From the IMG/VR virus record IMGVR_UViG_3300025138_000014, positions 1 through 64,000 of that record: 64,000 bases of DNA. The stretch is one strand, 5' to 3'. How positions within the stretch are numbered: position 1 is the stretch's first letter; every line of letters starts with the position of its first letter. Under the pieces are notes generated by a model. It did no database searches. It worked only from the letters and a program-made list of their open reading frames with translations, and had not been told where the DNA came from. Positions 58,770 through 64,000 of this stretch are shown piece after piece. The DNA is from a virus. A program made the translations under genes and the position numbers.

Positions 58770-59791
58770 TGCTTTTCTTCCGCTAGAGTCATCATCAAGG
58801 TTTTAGGTGCAGGACAGACATCATCCATCCAATAGAGTTGGTGACAATCAGATTTACAATATAAGAAAACTGGGCACTTATAACATCTCTCATCTCTATC
58901 GTTTATTTCTTCACTTATTGTGCACATTCGTGCAGGATTTAATTTTACTACCTCTGCTGGAGTATTTATAGTATCGTAATGTTTTGTTGGTGCAGTATTT
59001 GGACAACCCGCTACTGTTCCATCAGCATTAATAGTAAAAATTTTCTGCTCACAGTCACGACAAAAAGTACCAATACTAAATTGCCCATGTGAAAATTTCT
59101 TATAAACTGAGTCTAAAAATCCATTAAAGACATTATGATCTTTAGTTGTTTTGTGCATCTTCATCCACCAAGCATCTAATTCTCTATTATGTGGAAAAAT
59201 ATCAGTATTAATTTTAGCATTACCATCGTGGGTTAATCTCTCATAACTAATTTCATCAATGCCTATTGATTCCATATAGTCCGCTATCCATAGAGGTTCT
59301 AGTTTTAGAATGTCCTTAGATACCGAAATAAAACATTTCATTCTGTGACCACGAGAAGCTAAAAACTTTACATTGTTTTCCCATAGTTCTCTTTGTTTTT
59401 CATTAGAAAATCTAATATTTGGATCCCAGCTGGTTCCAATACTTCCGCCATCAATACATTCTTCAAGGAATGATAATCTTGCTTCATTTAATTTAAAAAC
59501 TAGATTGCTAGTTATTCCATGGGTACAACGGTCTCCCCATTGATCTTTAGTTATCCGATGAAATTCACGTAAATGATCCATTGGTGCAAGAAGAGGTTCT
59601 CCACCGTGATATTCTAAATGAATTTGATTTGTTCCGTTATCTAATTGATTGACCCAGTTAGCAGTCTTTATATGGTCAAAATAAATCTTTCTACCATTCT
59701 TACCGCTAGTGAAGCAATGGAAACAATTAAGATTGCAGGTTTCCGTTGTCTTCACATACACGCAAGTAAATTTTTGTGTCACTAATGCCAT
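58760..59791 (-). CDS. radical SAM/SPASM-domain enzyme, paralog of 29116
   Basis: 'KTTETCNLNCFHCFTSG', 'YHGGEP', 'GTSWD', 'CRDC..GCPN..CYKCPVFLYCKSDC..C'. Confidence 0.92.
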   Translation of the reverse strand: MALVTQKFTCVYVKTTETCNLNCFHCFTSGKNGRKIYFDHIKTANWVNQLDNGTNQIHLEYHGGEPLLAPMDHLREFHRITKDQWGDRCTHGITSNLVFKLNEARLSFLEECIDGGSIGTSWDPNIRFSNEKQRELWENNVKFLASRGHRMKCFISVSKDILKLEPLWIADYMESIGIDEISYERLTHDGNAKINTDIFPHNRELDAWWMKMHKTTKDHNVFNGFLDSVYKKFSHGQFSIGTFCRDCEQKIFTINADGTVAGCPNTAPTKHYDTINTPAEVVKLNPARMCTISEEINDRDERCYKCPVFLYCKSDCHQLYWMDDVCPAPKTLMMTLAEEKQWI

Positions 59792-60206
59792 AACTGAATA
59801 TCAATGCTTCCTGAGTGTTTAATGCACGATGTTTTGTGCCTTTTGGTATTTCTACTTGTTCACCTGGATTTAGTAACTTTGTAGAACCTTCAATTTCTAA
59901 TATTTTATTACCATCGCAGCAATATATTACTACATCTACTGGATCTGTATGTTCTTCAAAAGATGGACCATCAATAGGATTATAAAATATATGCATCGTG
60001 CCTTCATTATAATCAACAATCTTTTCATACATCTCAATTTTTAATGTATTCTTTTCTGCGATTAAAGCCGAAATTTTACCATAATATACCCAATAGTTAT
60101 CTTGTTCAACATACTGTATTCTGTGTTCACTATCTATAACCGAAACATTACAAACATTGAAGCACTGTTCGGAGAGAATAAACTCAAAGAACTGTTCAAA
60201 ATTCAT
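59727..60206 (-). CDS. cupin/JmjC-like protein
   Basis: 'SFEEHTDPVDV', 'G.K', 'L.PGE...IPKGTKHRA'. Confidence 0.75.
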   Translation of the reverse strand: MNFEQFFEFILSEQCFNVCNVSVIDSEHRIQYVEQDNYWVYYGKISALIAEKNTLKIEMYEKIVDYNEGTMHIFYNPIDGPSFEEHTDPVDVVIYCCDGNKILEIEGSTKLLNPGEQVEIPKGTKHRALNTQEALIFSYGISDTKIYLRVCEDNGNLQS

Positions 60207-60237
60207 TTTTAAATCCCTACTAAATAATCATATATTA

Positions 60238-60245
60238 TATTTATA
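60238..60245 (-). promoter_or_regulatory. T4 late promoter TATAAATA driving the minus-strand cupin/radical SAM operon
   Basis: TATTTATA on + strand, 32 bp upstream of 60206 start. Confidence 0.65.
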
Positions 60246-60262
60246 ACTGCAGTGAGGACTTC

Positions 60263-60847
60263 ATGATAAAGCAAGCATTTGCAACACCCATATCCATAGA
60301 AAAAATTACTGTGGATGATATTGTCGAAACCATCTTTTTAGAATATGATTTATCTAAGCCCCCTGATGATAAGTATAACATATTCGAAGGTGATTGTAAA
60401 CCCGCCGTTAAAGAATTAGAAAAAATAGCCTATGATAGATTTCGTAATTATGTTGACAAAGCATTTGATATTGATATAGACAAATATGAGTCGGCGATGA
60501 AAGCATGGATAACAGGTCATGGGGAACAATATTCTATGGCTATACATAATCATTCTGGTTCTTGGTTCTCTGCTGTATACTATGCACTTGCAGAAGAACA
60601 AGGTCGTGGAGGAGCAATTTCTTTTCATGATCCAAGAACTAATGCAAATCGTGGATATGATGCTAATTTTGCACCACATTTTGCAGCAGAAAAGTTACAA
60701 CCAGAAACTGGAGACCTTGTGATATTTCCATCATTTTTATATCATCATGTAGATCCATATTTCTCAAAATTTAGAATAGCAATTCCAATTGATTTGTATC
60801 TGGCAGATTGGCCAGATGGAAAAGATAATGAAAGAATTTTTGAATGA
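60263..60847 (+). CDS. putative 2OG-Fe(II) oxygenase (phage TIGR02466-like)
   Basis: 'F.TPI', 'W', 'HNHSGSWFSAVYY', 'F.DPR', 'G.LVIFPSFL.H.V.P', 'RIAI'. Confidence 0.8.
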   Translation: MIKQAFATPISIEKITVDDIVETIFLEYDLSKPPDDKYNIFEGDCKPAVKELEKIAYDRFRNYVDKAFDIDIDKYESAMKAWITGHGEQYSMAIHNHSGSWFSAVYYALAEEQGRGGAISFHDPRTNANRGYDANFAPHFAAEKLQPETGDLVIFPSFLYHHVDPYFSKFRIAIPIDLYLADWPDGKDNERIFE

Positions 60848-62781
60848 AAAAATTTATTATACACTTAGATGAAGATATTGACCGTAAAAATATATGGGAA
60901 TTTAATAATAGTTGGTTAGAGGATGCTCAATTCGTTAAAGCTATCAATGGTAAAGATATTGACCATCAGTTAATGGAAATAAAAAAGTTTGGAATTAACC
61001 ATACTTGGAGAGATCCATTTAAAAATAGAAGAATTACACGTGGTGAAGTAGGTTGCTTTATATCTCACTATGAAACGTGGAAGCACGTTATTCAAGAAAA
61101 TAAGCCTTGTCTTATTCTTGAAGATGATGCTGTTCTGGATAAAGATTTATGGGATGAAGAAACTTGGCTCTTTCATATGCAAGAACACAAGCTTGATATA
61201 TTATATCTAGGATACAATGAAAATGAACCAAAAGAAGTTGAAGACCTTGGAGATGTTGTTAAAGTAGGTTATCCATATAATGCTCACGCATATATCCTTA
61301 GTCCAGAAATGGCTAATGAATTAGTGTATTCTGGTTATCATCGCAAAATTATTCCAGTAGATGAAATTCTTTCTCAAAAAACTTTAACACATAACCTTGG
61401 CGCATTAAAAGTAGAAGTCGCTGGACAAACTCCAAGAAGTATCTCACCATCTAAAATAGAACCGATGGATGATGACGATTGGTTTTTAAACTTTAAAACC
61501 CATGCTATTACTGTTGGTACCGATAGATCATTGTGCTCTGCTCTTAATGATACTGCAACAGAACAAGGATTTGTTAGTAAGAATTTAGGTTCTAATGTAA
61601 CATGGCGTGGAACGGATATGAGTGGACCGGGTGGTGGCCACAAAATTAACCTAGTCAGAGATCATTTAGATACATTAAATCCGAATGATGTAGTATTATT
61701 CACTGATGCATATGACGTATTCTTTATTAGGTCATTAGAAGAAATTACAAAGCGATATTTATCTATGAGTACTGAAATTGTATTTAGTGCAGAAAGCACA
61801 TGTTGGCCAGATGAAAGTATGACTACTTTACATCCTAAAGCATTATATGATAGTAAATATAAATTTTTAAATGCTGGCGCATATATTGGAAGAGTTGCTA
61901 GTTTAAAAGAATTTTTTGCAGAAAGAGTAGATGACGAAGACGATGATCAGTTGTATATGCAAAGAGTTTGGACGAATAACTTAAAAAGCAAAAAACCACT
62001 TTCTATTACATTAGATTATGAGCAATATATTTTTCAGACTCACGAGCCAGAATGCGTTACTATAGAAAAAGATATTCTAAATCCTATTACAAACACACAC
62101 CCTTGCTTATATCACGGAAACGGCGGACCAGAAGCAAAAGCTAAATTTGCCGAAATGTATAAAGCTATTACTACTCCGAATCGCTTCAAAGCAACAAAGA
62201 GTTTAAAAAGTGAAACAAATAGTGGCGGTCCTATGTTTATTAAACACAGAGGAGCGATAGAAATAATTAGTGATGATATGATGATTATGGACTTTATGAA
62301 TCAGTCTCAGTGTGAAAGAATGATAGAGATTGCAGATAAGAAAAATACTTGGGCACCAATGCCAGAAGATAAGTTTCCAGCATATGAAATTAGATTAACT
62401 GAACTAGGTTTATGGGATGAAATTAGTAGGCATTGGCAAGAGCATGTATTTCCTATTGTAGAAAGATATTGGGCTCCCATGCAGATGTACGGAATGAGAG
62501 ACGGTTTCGTAATGAGGTATTCAGCCGAAACTCAAAAGAGTTTATCAATGCACTGTGATGCATCTATGGTTACTGGTTCAGTTAAATTAAATGAAGAATA
62601 TCAAGGAGCATCATTAAGATTTCCTAGACAAAGAGTGAATAACGATGATGTACCAGTTGGTAAAATGATTCTATTCCCTGGACAAGTTACCCACGGTCAT
62701 GAATGTACCGAACTCACTTCTGGAGTGAAGTATAGCTTGACGATGTGGACTAGCAGGTATCCAGGTGATGTAAATGTATAA
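60844..62781 (+). CDS. trifunctional GT25 glycosyltransferase + PLOD-type glycosyltransferase + lysyl-hydroxylase-like 2OG-Fe(II) domain
   Basis: GT25: 'GEVGCFISH...W...LILEDDA'; PLOD-GT: 'VLFTDAYDV', 'FSAE..CWPD', 'FLNAG.YIG', 'DDDQL', 'HGNG'; LH: 'FVMRYS...Q.SL..HCDAS', 'FPG..THGHE', 'G.KY'. Confidence 0.85.
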   Translation: MKKFIIHLDEDIDRKNIWEFNNSWLEDAQFVKAINGKDIDHQLMEIKKFGINHTWRDPFKNRRITRGEVGCFISHYETWKHVIQENKPCLILEDDAVLDKDLWDEETWLFHMQEHKLDILYLGYNENEPKEVEDLGDVVKVGYPYNAHAYILSPEMANELVYSGYHRKIIPVDEILSQKTLTHNLGALKVEVAGQTPRSISPSKIEPMDDDDWFLNFKTHAITVGTDRSLCSALNDTATEQGFVSKNLGSNVTWRGTDMSGPGGGHKINLVRDHLDTLNPNDVVLFTDAYDVFFIRSLEEITKRYLSMSTEIVFSAESTCWPDESMTTLHPKALYDSKYKFLNAGAYIGRVASLKEFFAERVDDEDDDQLYMQRVWTNNLKSKKPLSITLDYEQYIFQTHEPECVTIEKDILNPITNTHPCLYHGNGGPEAKAKFAEMYKAITTPNRFKATKSLKSETNSGGPMFIKHRGAIEIISDDMMIMDFMNQSQCERMIEIADKKNTWAPMPEDKFPAYEIRLTELGLWDEISRHWQEHVFPIVERYWAPMQMYGMRDGFVMRYSAETQKSLSMHCDASMVTGSVKLNEEYQGASLRFPRQRVNNDDVPVGKMILFPGQVTHGHECTELTSGVKYSLTMWTSRYPGDVNV

Positions 62782-62784
62782 ATA
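62777..62784 (+). promoter_or_regulatory. T4 late promoter TATAAATA
   Basis: Exact consensus upstream of gp13. Confidence 0.75.
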
Positions 62785-62817
62785 GAAGAAACAAAAACTT
62801 TAGTTTAGGATTAAGCA

Positions 62818-63570
62818 ATGGCGATTAACTCAAAGCAAACTCTAATTGATTATTGTAAACGGCGTCTGGGTGATCCCGTAATTGAGATTAATGTTGATGA
62901 AGATCAAGTAGATGATAGAATAGACGAAGCACTAGATTTATTTAAAGAGTTTCATTCCGATGGTGTTTTAAAAATGTATTTGAAACATCAAATTACAGCG
63001 GATGATGTCACGAATGGATATATTAGTGTTGCTTCTGACGTTGCTCATGTAACTAGAATGATGGCGGGTAGTTCAAGTAACTCTACAATGGGTGGAAGCT
63101 GGAGTGTTAAATATCAGCTAATGCTTAATGACGTTATGAACTATTCTACTTGGATGGCAGACCTTGCATACTATACTATGATTCAAACTAACCTAGCTAT
63201 GCTTGATATGCAACTTAATGGTTTACCGATTGTAAATTTCAGTCAACACGCAAATAAAGTTTATATTCACGGCGAGTTTGAAACTAAGTCCATTAAAGCG
63301 GGCGACTATGTAGTTTTTGAAATATATCAGGTTCTTGACCCAGATACACATACATCAATATATAATGATAAATTCATTAAGGCTATGTCTACAGCTCTTA
63401 TCAAACAGCAGTGGGGAACTAATCTTTCCAAGTTTGAGGGGATGCAACTTCCAGGTGGTGTTACGATGAATGGTGCAACTATTTACGAACAAGCTACAGC
63501 TGAAGTTGAAAAGCTGAAAGAAGATTTAAGAATGGAACACGAATTACCAGCAGACTTTTTTGTAGGATAA
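62818..63570 (+). CDS. gp13: neck protein gp13
   Basis: 'LIDYC.RRLG.PVIEINVD..QV.DRIDEAL..F.E.H.DG', 'ALIK.QWG.NL.KF.G.QLPGGVT.NG'. Confidence 0.93.
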   Translation: MAINSKQTLIDYCKRRLGDPVIEINVDEDQVDDRIDEALDLFKEFHSDGVLKMYLKHQITADDVTNGYISVASDVAHVTRMMAGSSSNSTMGGSWSVKYQLMLNDVMNYSTWMADLAYYTMIQTNLAMLDMQLNGLPIVNFSQHANKVYIHGEFETKSIKAGDYVVFEIYQVLDPDTHTSIYNDKFIKAMSTALIKQQWGTNLSKFEGMQLPGGVTMNGATIYEQATAEVEKLKEDLRMEHELPADFFVG

Positions 63571-63576
63571 TATTAA

Positions 63577-64000
63577 ATGGCACGTAACTTATATTTTTCG
63601 GCTGGACATAAACAAGAGCAAAATCTATATGAAGATTTAATCATTGAATCTTTAAAGATTTATGGTCAAGACCTATATTACTTGCCAAGAGATTTAGTGA
63701 AAATAGATGATGTATTCAGAGAGGATCCAGCATCTAAATTTAACTCATCTTATATGATGGAAATGTATGTTGATAATCAAGAAGGATATGACGGAGAAGG
63801 AGATTTATTCTCAAAGTTCGGAATAGAAATCAGAGATGCTATTAATATCACTTTATCACGTAAAAGATGGGAAAATGCAGTAAAGAGATATGATAATGAA
63901 ATAAAAGGCGCTAGACCATTTGAGGGTGATTTAATCTTTGTTCCATTTTCTAAAAAGATATTTCAGATTATGCACGTTGAACATGAGCAACCTTTTTATC
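63577..64000 (+). CDS. gp14: neck protein gp14 (runs off window end)
   Basis: ATG 63577: MARNLYF...EQNLYEDLIIESLKIYGQDLYYLPR...GYDGEGDLFSKFGIEIRD...RPFEGDLIFVP...FQIMHVEHEQPFY. Confidence 0.92.
   Translation, partial: MARNLYFSAGHKQEQNLYEDLIIESLKIYGQDLYYLPRDLVKIDDVFREDPASKFNSSYMMEMYVDNQEGYDGEGDLFSKFGIEIRDAINITLSRKRWENAVKRYDNEIKGARPFEGDLIFVPFSKKIFQIMHVEHEQPFY

Noticed and set aside
29116-59791. Radical SAM genes as DNA-modification or cofactor genes (QueE, NrdG, MoaA, PqqE)
   Set aside because: No queC/queD/folE/dpdA, nrdD, moa or pqq partners in the window. SPASM-like tails, late promoters and adjacent repeat-tailed proteins fit peptide/protein maturation better, though this is not proven.

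Overview
AT-rich segment of a T4-like (T4-superfamily) myovirus genome, probably environmental or marine; the host cannot be determined from this window. It runs from a tRNA-Trp and the replication/transcription genes gp33 and gp32 through a tail/baseplate module: tape-measure-like gene, gp26/51, gp54, gp2, gp4, gp48, gp53, split gp5, gp25, gp6, gp7, gp9/10-like, gp8 and a VrlC-like protein. Several tail-fibre genes follow, and the window ends in neck genes gp13 and gp14. The striking feature is two paralogous biosynthetic-type modules (about 29.1-38.1 kb and 48.1-60.2 kb), each placed directly behind a tail-fibre gene with a C-terminal autocleaving-chaperone-like domain. Together they encode 12 radical SAM enzymes (11 with SPASM-like Cys tails, 1 cobalamin-binding type), several 2OG-Fe(II)/cupin oxygenases, and three 128-195 aa proteins that all end in (C-H-x-S)3-R-G-R-R-stop. 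This looks like a phage-encoded RiPP-like or virion-protein maturation system. Also present: a GT25 + PLOD-type collagen lysyl hydroxylase/glycosyltransferase with a matching Gly-X-Lys collagen tract in a tail fibre, and a probable -1 programmed frameshift joining gp26-like and gp51-like frames upstream of the tape-measure gene. All calls come from motif recognition and synteny; no database searches were run.
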